A DNA stretch of 64,000 nucleotides from Squalus acanthias (GCA_030390025.1 JASTWF010000034.1:868001-932000), one strand, 5' to 3'. Counted from the first letter of the stretch, positions 22,255 to 36,585 are shown. A program made the numbers and translations. Notes: generated from the sequence alone by a model not told the origin.

Positions 22255-23800
22255 AAATTAATATTTTGCATCTGTGTTCACTGTGGAGAAGGACGATGGA
22301 GGCATAGAAATCAGGCAGGGGGATTGTGATATACTTGAACAAATTAGTACTGAGAGGGAGGAGGTACTAGCGGTTTTAGCGGGCTTAAAAGTGGATAAAT
22401 CCCCAGGCCCTGACGGGGTGTATTCCAGGCTGCTGTGTGAGGCAAGGGAGGAGATTGCAGGGACTCTGACACAAATTTTCAGAACCTCTCTGACCACAGG
22501 GGAGGTGCCAGAGGACTGGAGAACAGCTAATGTAGTACCATTGTTCAAGAAGGGTAGTAGGGATAAACCAGGGAATTACAGGCCAGTGAGCCTCACATCA
22601 GTGATAGGGAAATTATTGGAAAAAATTCTGAGGGACAGAATTAGTCTCCACTTGCAGAGGCAAGGATTAATCAGGGATAGTCAGCATGGCTTTTATCAGG
22701 GGGAGATCATATCTAACCAATTTGATTGAATTTTTTGAGGGGGTGACTAGGTGTGTGGATGACGATAGTGCAGTTGATGTCGTCTACATGCTCTTCAGTA
22801 AGGCTTTTGATAAAGTCCCACATGGGAGAGTGGTCAAGAAGGTAAGAGGCCATGGGATCCAGGGCAATTTGGCACATTGGATTCAAAATTGGCTTAGTGG
22901 CAGGAGGCAGATGGTGATGGTCGAAGGTTGTTTTTGTGACTGGAAGCCTGTGTCCAGTGGTGTACCGCAGGGATCGGTGCTGGGTCCTTTGCTGTTTGTA
23001 GTGTACATTAATGATTTAGATATGAATGTAAGTTCACAAATGACACGAAAATTGGTGGAGTGGTAAATAGCGAGAAGGGAAGCCTCAGACTGCAGGACGA
23101 TATAGGCGGGATGGTTAGATGGGCAGAACAGTGACAAATGGAATTAACCCTGAAAAGTGTGAGGTGACACATTTTGGGAGGACAAACAAGGCAAGGGAAT
23201 ACACAATGAATGGTAGGACCCTAGGAAGGACAGAGGATCAGAGGGACCTTGGCGTGCATGTACATAGATCCCTGAAGGCAGCAGGACAGGCAGATAAGGT
23301 GGTTAAAAAGGCATATTGGATACTTGCCTTCATTAGCCGAGGCATAGAATATAAGAGCAGGGAGGTTTTTGACGCAGCTGCACAAAACGCTAGTTAGGCC
23401 ACAGCTGGAATACTGTGTGCAGTTCTGGTCACCACACTATAGGAGGGATGTGATTGCATTGGAGAGGGTGCAGAGGAAATTCACCACGATGTTACCTGGG
23501 CTGGAGCGTTTCAGCTGTGAAGAGAGACTGGACAGGATGGGGTTGTTTTCCTTAGAGCAGAGAAGGCTGAGGGGGGACCTGATTGAGGTGTACAATATTA
23601 TGAGGGGCATAGCAAGGGTGGATAAAAAGGAAATTCTTCCCTTCGTAGAGGGGTCAATAACCAGGGGGCATAGTTTCAAGGTAAGGGGCAGGAGGTTTAG
23701 AGGGGATTTGAGGCAAAACTTTTTCACCCAGAGGGTGGTTGAAATCTGGAGCTCACTCCCTTAAAGGGTGGTAGAGGCAGGAACGCTCACAACATTCAAA
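22255..23800 (+). mobile_element. CR1 LINE RT fragment
   Basis: [42 protein letters not shown]. Confidence 0.93.
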
Positions 23801-24217
23801 TCACTCCCAGGGCAGGTACAGCACGGGTTAGATACAGATTAAAGCTCCCTCTACAATGTCCCATCAAACCCTCTCAGGGCAGGTGCAGCACGGGTTAGAT
23901 AGAGTAAAGCTCTCTCTACACTGTTGCATCAAACACTCCCACTGCAGGTACAGCACAGGTTAGACACAGAGTAAAGCTCCCTCTACAATGTCCCATCAAA
24001 TGCTCCCAGGTCAAGTACAGCTTCTATTAGATGCAGAGTAAAGCTGCCTCTACACTGTCCCATCAAACACTCGCAGGGCAGGTTCAGACCACGTTTGATA
24101 CAGTGTAAAGCTGCTTCTACACTGTCCCATCAAACACTCCCAGGGCAGGTAAAGCACGGGTTAGATAAAGAGTAAAGCTCCCTCTACACTGTCCCATCAA
24201 ACATTCCAAGGGCAGGT

Positions 24218-24925
24218 AGATCAGTAGTTGGGAAAATGCTGGAATCTATTATAAAGGATGCAATAACTGGGCACTTAGAAACTAATAGTAAGATTGGGCA
24301 GAGTCAACATGGATTTATGAAAGGGAAATCCTGTTTGACAAACATATTGGAGTTCTTTGAGGATGTAACTAGTGGAGTAGACAAAGGGGAACCGGTAGAT
24401 GTGGTGTATCTGGATTTTCATAAGACCTTCGATAAGGTCCCACACAAGAGGTTGGTGAACAAAATGAGGGCACATTGAATTTGGGGTAATATACTATCAT
24501 GGTTTGAGAATTGGTTAACAGACAGAAAACAAAGAGTAGGGAAAAACGGGTCTTTTTCAGAATGGCAGGCTGCGACTAGTGGGGTACCGCAAGGATCGGT
24601 GCTTGGGCCCCAGCTATTCACAATCTATACCAAGGATTTAGATGAGGGGACTAAATGTAACATTTCTAAATTTGCTGATGACACAAAGCTAAGTGGCAGT
24701 GTCAGTTGTGAAGAAGATTTTAAGAGACTTCACGGGGATATCAAAGGGCTCAGTGAGGGGCGTGAACATGGCAGATGGAATATAATGTCGATAAATGTGA
24801 AGTTATCCAGTTTGGTAGACAAAACAGAAAGGCAGAGTATTTCCTAAATGGTGAAAGATTGGGGAACGCAGATGCACAAAGGGACCTGGGTGTCCTTGTA
24901 CATGAGTCATTGAAAGTGAATGTGC
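24218..24925 (+). mobile_element. CR1 LINE internal RT fragment
   Basis: [27 protein letters not shown]. Confidence 0.92.
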
Positions 24926-25939
24926 AGAGTAAAGCTTCCTCTAAACTGTCCCATCAAACTTTCCCAGGGCAGGTTCAGACCACGTTTGATACAGAGTAAT
25001 GCTCCCTCTGCACTGTCCCATCAAACTTTCCCAGGGCAGGTACAGCGGGAGTTAGAAACAGAGCAAAGCTCCCTCTACACTATCCCATCAAACACTCCCA
25101 GGGCAGGTACAGCGCGAGTTAGAAACAGAGCAAAGCTCCCTCTACACTATCCCATCAAACACTTCCAGGACACACTCAGACCATGTGTGATACAGAGCAA
25201 AGCTCCCTTTACACTGTCCCATCAAACCCGTCCAGGACAGGGAGAACACGAGTTAGACAGAGTAAAGCTCCCTCTATACTATCCCATCAAACACTTCCAG
25301 GACACATTCAGACCATGTGTGATACAGAGTAAAGCTCCCTCTAAACTATCCCATCAAACACTCCCAGGGCAGGTACAGCGGGAGTTAGAAACAGAGCAAA
25401 GCTCCGTCTACACTATCCCATCAACACTTCCAGGACACACTCAGACCATGTGTGATACAGAGTAAAGCTCCCTTTACACTGTCCCATCAAACCCGTCCAG
25501 GACAGGGAGAACACGAGTTAGACAGAGTAAAGCTCCCTCTATACTATCCCATCAAACACTTCCAGGACACATTCAGACCATGTGTGATACAGAGTAAAGT
25601 TCCCTTTACACTGTCCCATCAAACCCGTTCAGGACAGGGAGAACACGAGTTAGACAGAGTAAAGCTCCCTCTATACTGTTCAATCAAACAATCCCAGGGC
25701 ATTTGCAGCACGGATTAGATACAGATGAAAGCTGCCTCTACAATGTCCCATCAAATCACTCACAGGACACGTATAATACGGGTTAAATGCAGAGTAAAGC
25801 TGCCTGTATACTGTCCCATCAAACCCTTCCAGGACAGGCACAACAAGAGTTAGATACAGAGTTAAGCTCCCTCTACAGTGTCCCATCAACACTCGCAGGG
25901 CAGGTACAGTACACGTTAGATACAGAGTAAAGCTCCCTC

Positions 25940-26110
25940 ACTAGAAGGACACACACCGCGGGCCACACTCACTGGAAGGAGACACACCGCGGGCCACACT
26001 CACTGGAAGGAGACACACCACGGGACACACTCACTGGAAGGAGGCACACCGCGGGCCACACTCACTGGAAGGAGACACACCGCAGAACACACTCACTGGA
26101 AGGAGACACA
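25940..26110. repeat. 31-bp minisatellite (acactcactggaaggagacacaccgcgggcc)
   Basis: About 5 tandem copies. Confidence 0.85.
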
Positions 26111-26269
26111 CGATGAGAAGGGCGGGGCCCAGGGAGGAGCCCGGGGGCAAGGTCGATGCCCAGGAGTGGCGCAGCGGGGTCGGGAGGACCACACTGCAGC
26201 CTATAAAGCCCAGGCAGAGAGGACCTGCGGGAAGAGGGAGGAGGACAGTAGGAGTGGGTTTGTATGTGT

Positions 26270-29200
26270 GTGCTCGGCCGATGTAGCAGAGCCGGGTCTC
26301 CAATCGTCTTGGATCCCCTTGCCATTGGACCAAGACCTTGCTCTGTCAAGCCTGTGTGGTAGCTGGTGTGCAACGGCCACCCCACGTTAAAAGAATTCAC
26401 GCACAGGCACTTCCACCCTTTTAATGAAGTTCGGGACCTGGAACATCAGGACCCTCATGGACAAGCCCAACAGCGACAGACCGGAACGCCATTGTGCTAT
26501 CGTTGCCCGGGAGCTCAGACGTTTCGACATAGACATCACCGCCCTAAGCGAGACCCAGTGGCCAGAGGAAGGCCAGCTCAAGGAGCAAGGCTGTGGTTAC
26601 ACCTTCTTCTGGAAAGGCAAACCTGAAGAAGAACGCCGCCTCCATGGGGTAGGTGTCGCCATAAAAAATGAGCTAGTTAAACGTCTCAGAGACTCCCCTT
26701 GTGGAATAAACGAACGCCTCATCACTCATGGCTCAACCTAGCCCGGAACCAGTGCGCTACGGTCATCAGTGCATCCGCCCCAACACTGGAAGCCACAGAC
26801 AAGACCAAAGACGAATTCTACTCCAGCCTCGAACAATCCCTGTCCCGAGTCCCAATGGGCGACAAGTTGATCCCCCTTGGCGACTTCAACACCAGAGGTG
26901 GAAAGGACACAGACCTCTGGGGAGGTGTGATCGGCAGAGAGGGGGTAGGGAAAGCCAACTCCAATGGTACCCTCCTCCTGACGAAATGCTAAGAACATGG
27001 CCTTGTCATAACCAACACCTTGTTCCGTCAGAGAGACAAGTACAAGGCTTCATGGCAACACCCTCGCTCCAAGCACTGTTATCTGTTGGACTACGTCATC
27101 GCCCGAGCGAGGGACCGCAAGGACGTCCGCATCACCTGTGCCATGACAGGAGCTGACGACTGCTGGACAGCCCACTGCCTAATCAGCTCTGTCATCTCCA
27201 TCAACGTAGCCCCAAAACAGCGGCGGCAACAGATGCAATGCCGCAGGAAAATCAACGCTGGAGCACTCAAAGACCCTGCTAAGAAAGCCCTATTCAGCCT
27301 GCGCCTCACAACCACCCTGACGACTCCCAGTGATTCAGAGACACAGAGTGTCCACGGCGCCTGGTCTGCACTCAAGGCCTCCATAATCAGCACCTGTGAA
27401 GAGACGCTCGGTCACTCGACCAGGAAAAATCAAGACTGGTTCAACAAGAACGACCAGGAGATCCAGGAGCTAATAAGTCGCAAGGGCAAGGCATTGCTGA
27501 TCTGGAAACAGTAACAGAACTCGAGAGCAAGAAAGCAGCTCTACAGACATTGAAGGCCGAGGTCCAACAAAAAACTCGCGACCTAAGAACAGCTGGTGGG
27601 TGGAGAAAGCACAGGAGATCCAGCAGCTGGCCGACAACCACGACGTGCGTGGATTCTTTTGCGCATTCAAGACCACCTACTGCCCAAGCACCCATGGTCC
27701 TACCCCACTGCGGGCTAAGAATGGAGAGGTACTCATCAAGGACAGAGAGGCAGACAGTGCCCGCTGGAAGGAGCACTTCGAAGATCTCCTTAACCGAAAC
27801 TCTGTCTTCGATGCGAGTGTCCTCAACTCCATCCCGCAGCATGCTACCCGCAACCACCTCAGCACAACCTCAGTCCGGCATGAGGTTGAAAAGGCCATCC
27901 GACAACTGAAGAACAACAAGGCCTCAGGAGCAGAAGAATCCCTGCCGAGGCGCTAAAACATGGTGAAGAAGTACTATTGGTGCGAATACATTAACTCATT
28001 TTTCTTATTTGGAAGGAGGAGAGCATGCCAGGGGATCTCAGAGACGGCGTAATCGTGACCATCTTCAAGAAAGGTGACAAGTCTGATTGTGGTAATTACA
28101 GAGCAGTCTCCCTGCTGTCTGCCACAGGGAAAGTCATCGCAAGAATCCTCCTCAATCGCCTTCTCCCAGTGGCTGAAGAGCTCCACCCAGAGTCGCAATG
28201 CGGATTACGCCCACTAATGGGCACAATGGACAAGATCTTCACCGCGCGTCAACTACAAGAGAAATGCAGGGCACAGCACCAACCGCTGTACATGGTCTTC
28301 TTTGACCTCATAAAGGCCTTCAACACCATCAACCGAGAGGGATTATGGAGTATCCTCCTCAAATTCAGCTGCCCTCAAAAGTTTGTCACCATCCTCCGCC
28401 TGCTTCACGACAACATTCAAGCTGTAATCCTGACAAACAGATCCACCAGAGACCCAATTCACGTATGGACCGGGGTCAAGCAAGGCTGTGTCATCGCAAC
28501 AACGCTCTTCTCGTTCTTCCTGGCTGCAATGCTCCATCTCACCCTCAGTAAGCTGCCCCGCCGGAGTGGAGCTAATCTACAAAACAAATGGGAGACTGTT
28601 CAAACTGCATCGCCTCCAGTCCAGATCCAAGGTCATTCCATCCTCTGTCATCGAATTACAGTATGCAGACGGCGCTTGCATCTGTGCTCACTCAGCAGTC
28701 GAACTCTAAACCATCGTCAACATCTTCACCGAAGCGTACGAGAACATGGGTCTTACACTAAACATCCGTAAGACAAAGGTCCTCCACCAACTCGCCACAA
28801 GTACTGTTCCCCCATTATCAAAACCATGACGAGGCCTTGGACAACATGGACCACTTTCCATATCTCGGGAGCTTACCATCAACAAGGGGAGACGTCGATG
28901 ACAAAGTCCAACACCACCTTCAGTTTGCCAGTGCAGCCTTCGGTCGCCTGAGGAAGAGAATGTTTAAAGACCAGGACCTCAAACCCAGCCCCAAGCTCAT
29001 GGTCTACAGAGCAGTAGTGATACCCAACCTCCCGTATGCTTCAGAGACATGGACCATGTACAGCAGGTACCTCAAAGCACTGGAGGTGTACCACCAATGC
29101 TGCCTCCGCAAGATCCTGCAAATCCATTGGCAGGATAGGCGCACCAACCTCAGCGTTCTCGCTCAGGCCAACATCCCCAGCATCGAAGCTTTGACCACGC

Positions 29201-29656
29201 TCGATCAGCTCCGATGGCCGGGCCACATCGTCCGCATGCCCGATAAGAGACTTCCAAAATTAGCGCTCTACTCGGAGCTCCGGCACGGCAAGAGAGCCCC
29301 AGGTGGGCAGAGGAAACGCTTCAAGGACACTCTCAAAGCCTTCTTGAAAAAGTGCAACATCCCCAGCGACACCTGGGAATCCCCGGCACAAGACCGCACA
29401 AAGTGGAGGAAAAGCATCCGGGAAGGCGCCGAATACTTCGAGTCTCTACGCCGGGAGCAAGCGGAAGGCAAGCGCAAACAGCGTAAGGAGCGCACGTCAA
29501 CCCAAGCACCCCACACACTCGCCCCTTCAACCACCGTCTGCCCCACCTGTGACAGAGACTGTAGGTCCCACATTGGACTCATCAGTCACCTGAGAACTAA
29601 TTTTTAGTGTTGAAGCAAGTCATCCTCGTTTCCGAGGGACTGCCTAAGAAGAAGAC
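26270..29656 (+). mobile_element. Near full-length RTE-clade LINE with decayed ORF (26424-29607)
   Basis: FGTWNIRTL..ALSET, GDFN, LLDY endonuclease; NYRAVSLLS, GVKQGC RT; C-terminal CPTC..H finger; (aag)n tail; several stops and frameshifts. Confidence 0.93.
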
Positions 29657-29795
29657 TCTGTGACTCCATCTGCGATGTCCCGAAGTATAGACCCACTCTG
29701 TGACTCCCTCTGTGGAGTCCCTAAGTACAGACCCACTCTGTGACTCCATCTGTGGAGTCCCTAAGTATAGACCCACTCTGTGACACCCTCTGTGT
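29655..29795. repeat. 40-bp tandem repeat (actctgtgactccatctgtggagtccctaagtatagaccc)
   Basis: 3-4 copies; related copies at 35296-35390. Confidence 0.8.
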
Positions 29796-30285
29796 GAGTG
29801 TGCGATTCATTCTGTTTCTGTCAGTCTCTGGTGCGGTGTATGAGTGTGCGATTCATTCGGTATCTGACAATCTCCGATACTGTGGGATCCCTTGCCTTGT
29901 CAGCCCTTCCGAAACGCATAACCTCACAATTCTCCAGATTGAACTCCATTGCCCCTTTTCTGCACAACTGACCAGTCCAGTGATTTCTTCCTGCATATAT
30001 CATGCGTTATACAAAGACTAAAGCTCCCATTAGACTGCCCAATCAGACAGTCAAAGGGCAGGTAAAGCACGGTTAAGATAGAGAGATGCAAATTAAAGCT
30101 TCCTCTACAATGGAAACCCAAAACACGCTCTGGGCAGGCACGGAATGGGTGGCGTACAGAGTAAAGCTCCCACTAATTTGGTTCAGCCGAGCCTGATGCG
30201 AGATGTTGACCAGCTCCCTGTATCTGGTTAGACTCTCACATTGGAAAAATCCTGGACTGATGGGATTCTCAGTAAAGTTCCTCAC

Positions 30286-30456
30286 CTTTCCAATCATTGT
30301 TGAAGCATCCCTTTTTATCACGTCTCCGACACGGGGGGTCTCGATCCCACCAGATCTGCTCTCTGAACCCAGCGACATTTCTCCAGTCCCAGTGAGTGTG
30401 GCGATGATTCGACTTCTCTCTCTCCACCTTCCTGATATATTGCTCACTCCCAGAGA
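30286..30456 (-). other. Putative start exon copy 2: MSLGSESRSGGIETPRVGDVIKRDASTMIGK
   Basis: Same acceptor, ATG at 30378, donor AAG|gtgagg; upstream donor at 30646. Confidence 0.5.
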
Positions 30457-30821
30457 CTGTCAATAGAAAAATTATTCATATTAATCCCAGATCCAGTACC
30501 TGGAATACATTGGGACTGTTTTTGTGAATATGATTGTATCTAATTTCATTATATTTGCAATTAAAGTGTGTTTGAATTAGTGTACTTACTTTAATATTAA
30601 ATTGTTCCTTTAAGCCCTTTGCCCTATTTATTGGGACTAAACTCACTCCCAGTGTCAGCTGTCACTCCAGCTCCTCCCACACTGACATCCCACTGATGGG
30701 CCGTAACCAGGGGCGGGGCCCTGTTTCCAAGTCACATCACACAGGAGCAGGGAGCCAATCAAAGAGCAGCCTGGAAAAATGTTAAAGCGGCCAAGCCCCT
30801 CCCAATCCCCCCGGGGCAGGT

Positions 30822-33660
30822 ACATAACGAACATACGAATTAGGAGCAGGAGTCGGCCATTCGGTCCCTCAAGCCTGTTCCACCATTCAATAAGATCATG
30901 GCTGATCTGATTACTCCACATTCCCGTCCAACCCCCGGTAACCTTTCACCCCCTTGCTTATCAAGAATCTATCTACGTCCACCTTAAAAATATTCAAAGA
31001 CTCTGCTTCCACCGCCCTCTGAGGAAGAGAGTTCCAAAGACTCACGACCCTCTGAGAAAAAACATTCTCCTCACCTCTGTCTAAAATGGGCGCTCCATTA
31101 TTTTTAAACAATGACCCCTAGTTCTAGATTCTCCCACAAGAGGAAACATCCTCTCCGCATCCACCCTGTCAAGACCCCTCAGGATCTTATAGGTTTCAAT
31201 CAAGTCACCTCTTACTCTTCTAAACTCCAGTGGATACAAGCCTAGCCTGCCCAACCTTTCCTCATCAGACAACCCGCCCATTCCAGGTATTAGTCTAGTA
31301 AACCTTCTCTGAACTGCTTCCAACGCATTTACATCCTTCCTTAAATAAGGAGACCAATACTGTACACAGTACTCCAGATGTGGTCTCACCAATGCCCTCT
31401 ATAACTGAAGCATAAACTCCCTACTTTTGTATTCAATTCCCCTCGCAATAAACGTTAACATTCTATTAGCTGTCCTAATTACTTGCTGTACCTGCATAAT
31501 AACCTTCTGCGATTCATGCACTAGGACACCCAGATCCCTCTGCATCTCAAATATCTGCAATCTCTCACCATTTGGATAATAGGCTTATTTTTTTATTTTT
31601 CCTGCCAAAATGCACAATTTCACATTTTCCCACATTATACTCTATTTGCCAGATCTTTGCCCACTCACTGAACCTTTCTATATCCCTTTGTAGCTTCCTT
31701 ATGTCCTCTTCACAATTTACATTCTTACCTATCTTTGTTTCATCAGCAAATTTAGCAACCATACCTTCGGTCCCTTCATCCAAGTCATTTATATAAATTG
31801 TAAAAAGTTGAGTCCCCAGCACTGATCCCTGTGACACACTACACGTTACATCTTGCCAACCAGAAAATAATACATTTATGACTACTCTCTGTTTCCTGTT
31901 AGCTGGCCAATCTTCTATCCATGCCAATATGTTACCCCCTACACCATGAGCTTTTATTTTCTGAAGTCCATCAGGACCCAGGGACTTGTCATCCCGCAGC
32001 TCCAACAATTTCCTCAGTGCTACTTCCCTTGTGATGTAATTTTCTTGACTTCCTCCCTCCCTTCCATTTGCTGATTTACAGCAATTTCTGGGATGTTACT
32101 TGTAACCTATATAGTGAAGACCGATGCAAAATACCTGTTCAATTCAACTGCCGTCTCATTTTCCATTATTAATTCCCCAGACTCACTTTTTATAGGACCA
32201 ACGCTCACTTTGTTAACTCTTTTCTTCTTAAAATATCTATAGAAACTCTTACTATCTGTTTTTATATTTCTAGCTAGCTTTCTCTCGTACTCTCATTTTT
32301 CTCTCCTTATTAATCTTTTAGTAATTCTTTGCTGTTTGTTTATATTCTGTCCAATCTTCTGACCTGGCAGCCACCTTTGCACAATTATATGCTTTTTCTT
32401 TAAGTTTGATACTATCTTTAACTTTTTTATTTAACCACGGATGGTGGGTCCTCCCCTTGGAATGAATCTTTCTCATTGGAATGGATCTATTCTGTGTATT
32501 CTGAAATATCCCATTAAATGTCTGCCACTGCAGCTCTATTGACCTATCGCTTACTCTAGTTTGCCAGTTCACTTTAGCTAGCTCTGCTTTCATGCCCTCA
32601 TAATTGCCCTTATTTAAGTTTAAAATACTAGTCTTGGACCCAGTCTTCTCTCTCTCAAACTGAATGTAAAATTCAATCATATTCTGATCGCTGCGACCTA
32701 GGGGCACCTTCACTATGTGGTCATTAATTAATCTGATCTTGTTTCACAATACCAGGTCTACTATAGCCTGCTCTCTGGTTGGCTCCAGAACGTGCGGTTC
32801 TAAGAAACTGTCCCAAAAACATTCTATGAACTCCTCATCTAGGCTACCTTTGCCCATCTCATTTTTCCAGTCTATACGTAGCTTAAATTCCCCCATGATT
32901 ATTGCCGTACATTTCTGACAAGCTCCCATTATTTCTTCCTTTATACTCCATCCTAACGTGTGGTTACTGTTAGGGGGCCTGTACACCACTTCCACAAGTG
33001 ACTTCTTGCCTTCATCATTTCTCATCTCTACCCAAACCGCTTCTACATCCTGGTTTCCTGAACTTAAGTCATCCCTCTATTGCGCTAATACCATCAATAG
33101 TTACCAGAGCCACCCCTCCACTTTTTCCTAAATATCATGTACCCTTCAATATTCAGCTCCCAATCTATTTCATCCTGCAGCCATTTCTCTGTAATGGCCA
33201 TCAGATCGTACTTATTTATTTCTATTTGCGCTATCAGTTCATCTCATTTGTTTCGAATGCTACGTGCATTCAGATGCAGAGCCTTGAGTTTTGTCCTTTT
33301 ATTATTTTTGTAACCTCTAGCCTTATCTGTTGATTTACTCTTAGATTTGTGCTCTCTATCCCTTCCCGTCACGGTCTGTTTATCATTTCCCATATTAATA
33401 CCTTTCTCTCTTGCCTTGTCTCTAATGTTTGAATTATCACATCTTCCCAAATTTGATCTCTTGCCCACATTATTTAGTTTAAAGCCCTCTCTACCGCCCT
33501 AGTTATATGACTCGACAGAACACTGGTCTCAGCATGGTTCCGGTGAAGACCATCCCAACGGTACAGATCCCACTTTCCCCAGTACTGGTGCTAGTGTCCC
33601 AGGAAGCGAAACCAATTTCTCCCATACCAGTCTTTGAGCTACGCATACATCACTCTAATT
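30822..33660 (-). mobile_element. CR1 LINE, long decayed copy with internal deletion
   Basis: LNARSIRNK through VRPHLEYC and 3' UTR; paralogous to 36950-40200. Confidence 0.92.
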
Positions 33661-33744
33661 TGACGGAACAGGGTAGAGGGAGCTTTACTCTCTATCGAAC
33701 CTGTGCTATTCCTGCCCTGGGAGAGTTTGATGCGACAGTGTAGC

Positions 33745-34225
33745 CACTGACTCCATCCCTCTCCCTAACATTTGTCTGAGGCTGAACCACACTGTTCACA
33801 ACATTAGTGTCATATTTGACCCTGAAATGAGCTTCCGACCACATATCCACAGCATAACAAAGACCGTCTACTTCCACCTCCGTCTCCGCCCTTGCTTCAT
33901 CTCATCCGCTGCTGAAACCCTCATCCATGCCTTTGTTACCTCTGGACTTGTCTATTCCAACGCACTCCTGGCTGGCCTCCCACATTCCACCCTATGTAAA
34001 CTTGAGGCCATCCAAAACTCGGCTGCCCATGTCCTAACTCGTACCAAGTCCCGTTCACCCATCTCCCCTGTGCTCGCTGACCTACACTGGCTCCCGGTTA
34101 AGCAGCACCTCGATTTCAACATTCTCATCCTTGTTTTCAAATCCCTACATGGCCTCGCCCCTTCCTATCTCTAATCTCCTTCAGCCCTTCGCTAAAGGCG
34201 CTATTTAAATACCAGTTGTTTTTGT
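33745..34225 (+). mobile_element. L2-type LINE 3' fragment
   Basis: LIHAFVTS.L.YSNALL, SPVLADLHWLPV. Confidence 0.88.
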
Positions 34226-34279
34226 TGTACATCTCGGGCTCTATAGAATCATAGAATGGTTACAGAACTAATCTCAATC

Positions 34280-36100
34280 TACTTTCTCCCATCAAACTTC
34301 CCCTGGGCAGGTGCAGCACGGGTTAGATACAGAGTAAAACTCCCTCTACACTGTCCCATCAAACACTCCCAGGGTATATACAGCACGGGTTGGATACAGA
34401 GTAAAACTTCCTCTACACTGTCCCCATTAAACACTCCCGGGGCAGGTACAGCACGGGTTAGATACAGAGTAAAGCTCCCTCTGCACTGTCCCATAAAGCT
34501 TTCCCAGGGCAGGTACAGCACGGGATAGATGCAGAGTAAAGCACAATTTGCACTGTCCCGAAACACTCCCAGGTCATGAACAGCACAGGTAAGAAGCAGA
34601 GTAAAGCTGCCTCTACACTGTCGCATAAAACACTTACCGTTCACGGACAGGGCATGTTAGTTACAGAGTAAAGCTCCCTCTACACGATCCCATCAAACAC
34701 TCCCAGGGCAGGTACAGCACAAGTTAGGTACAAATTAAAAGTCCCTCTACACTGTCCCATCTAAAACTGCCAGTTCATGTTTATCACAGTTTTGCAACAA
34801 AGTAAAGCTCCCTCTACAAAGTCCCATCAAACTCTCCTAGGGCAGGTACAGCACATGGTTAGATACAGAGTAAAGCTCCCTCCATACAATGCCATCAAAC
34901 ACTCCGAGGTCACGTACAGCGCAGGTTAGATACAGAGTAAAGCGCCGTCTGCACTGTCCCATCAAACACTCCCAGGGCAGGTACAGCACGGGTTAGTTAC
35001 AGAGTAAAGTTCCCTCTACACTGTCCAATCAAACAGTCCCAGGGCAGGTTTAGCACATGTTTTATACAGAGTAAAGCTCCCTCTACAATGTTCCATCAAA
35101 TTCCCTCAGGGCAGGTACAGCACGGGTAAGATACAGAGTAAAGCTCCCTCTACACTGTCCCATCAAACACTCCCAGGGCAGATACAGCACGGGTTAGATA
35201 CAGAGTAAATTGTAAAGAGTAAATCAGTCATTGAGAACTCATATTTAGTGTGGAAGCAAGTCATCCTCGTTTCCGAGGGCCTGCCTAAGAAGAAGACTCT
35301 GTGAATCAATCTGTGGAGTCCCTTTAAGTTCAGGGCCACTCTGTGACTCCATCTGTGGAGTCCCTTAAAGTACAGGCCCACTCTGTGTGAGTGTGCGATC
35401 CATTCTGTTTCTGTCAGTCTCTGGTGCGGTGGGATCCGAAAGCTCTCACCAACTACCTTCAGGGCAAGTACAGTGGGTTAAATACAAAGTTCAGCTCCCT
35501 CAACGCTGGCCCACCAAACAGTCCCAGGGCAGGTACAGCACAGGATAGATACAAAGTAAAGCTTCCTCTACACTGTTCCATCAAACACTCCCGGGGCAGG
35601 TACAGCACAGGTTAGATACGGAGTAAAGCTCCCTCTACACTGCCCATCAAACATTTCCAGGGCAGGTACACCACGGGTTAGATACAGAATAAAGCTCCCT
35701 CGACACTGTCCCATCAAACACTCCCAGGGCAGGTACAGCACGGGTTAGATACAGAGTAAAGCTCCCTCGACACTGCCCGATCAAACACTCCCAGGGCAGG
35801 TACAGCACGGGTTAGATACAGAGTAAAGCTCCCTCTACACTGTCCCATCAAACACTCCCGGGGCAGGTACAGCACGGGTTAGATGCAGAGTAAAGCTCCC
35901 TCTGCACTGTCCCATCAAACACTTCCAGGGAAGGTACAGTGGGTTAGATACAAAGTAAAGCTCCCTCTGCACTGCCCCAAACAGTCCCAGGGCAGGTACA
36001 GCACGGGTTAGATACAGAGTAAAGCTCACTCTACACTGCCCCATCAAACATTCCCAGGGCAGGTACAGCACGGATTAGCTACACAATAAAGTTCCCTCCA
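34280..36100. repeat. 67-bp satellite, reverse orientation
   Basis: Same unit; interrupted at ~35210-35440. Confidence 0.92.
35225..35297 (+). mobile_element. RTE 3' terminal fragment
   Basis: Matches 29581-29656 including gcctaagaagaagac. Confidence 0.85.
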
Positions 36101-36416
36101 ATTTGGTTCATCAACACAACCAGCTCTGATATATCATGTGTTCAATGCAGCGTACTGCTCCCTTGACACTACCCAATGAAGCACAACCAGCTCGGGTACA
36201 GCATGGGGTCAATACAGAATAAAGATCACACTACATGTAAGTGTCAAACACTCCCGGGTGAGGTACGGGCAAGGTTTATCTCCGAGTTAAGCTCCGCTCA
36301 ACTTACCACATCAAAGGCCGAGCCTGATGGCAGATGTTGAACAGCTCCCAGTATCTGGTTAGACTCTCACCTCAGCAAAATCCTGGACTGATGGGATTCT
36401 CAGTAAAGTTCCGCAC

Positions 36417-36585
36417 CTTTCCAATCATTGTTGAAGCTTCCTGTTTTATCCCGTCTCCGACTCGGGGGGTCTCGATCCCACCAGATCTGCTCTGTGAAAC
36501 CAGAGACATTTCTCCAGTCCCAGTCAGTGAGGCGATGATTCGACTTCTCTCTCCACCTTCCTGAGATATTGCTCACTCCCAGAGA
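36417..36585 (-). other. Putative start exon copy 3: MSLVSQSRSGGIETPRVGDGIKQEASTMIGK
   Basis: ATG at 36509, donor AAG|gtgcgg; upstream donor at 36770. Confidence 0.48.

Larger units (their letters stand above)
18310..25940. repeat. 67-bp satellite, reverse orientation, interrupted by CR1, Penelope and MITE insertions
   Basis: Units cccatcaaacactcccagggcaggtacagcacgggttagatacagagtaaagctccctctacactgt at 18310-18710, 19357-19800, 21519-22250, 23800-24217, 24925-25940. Confidence 0.92.
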
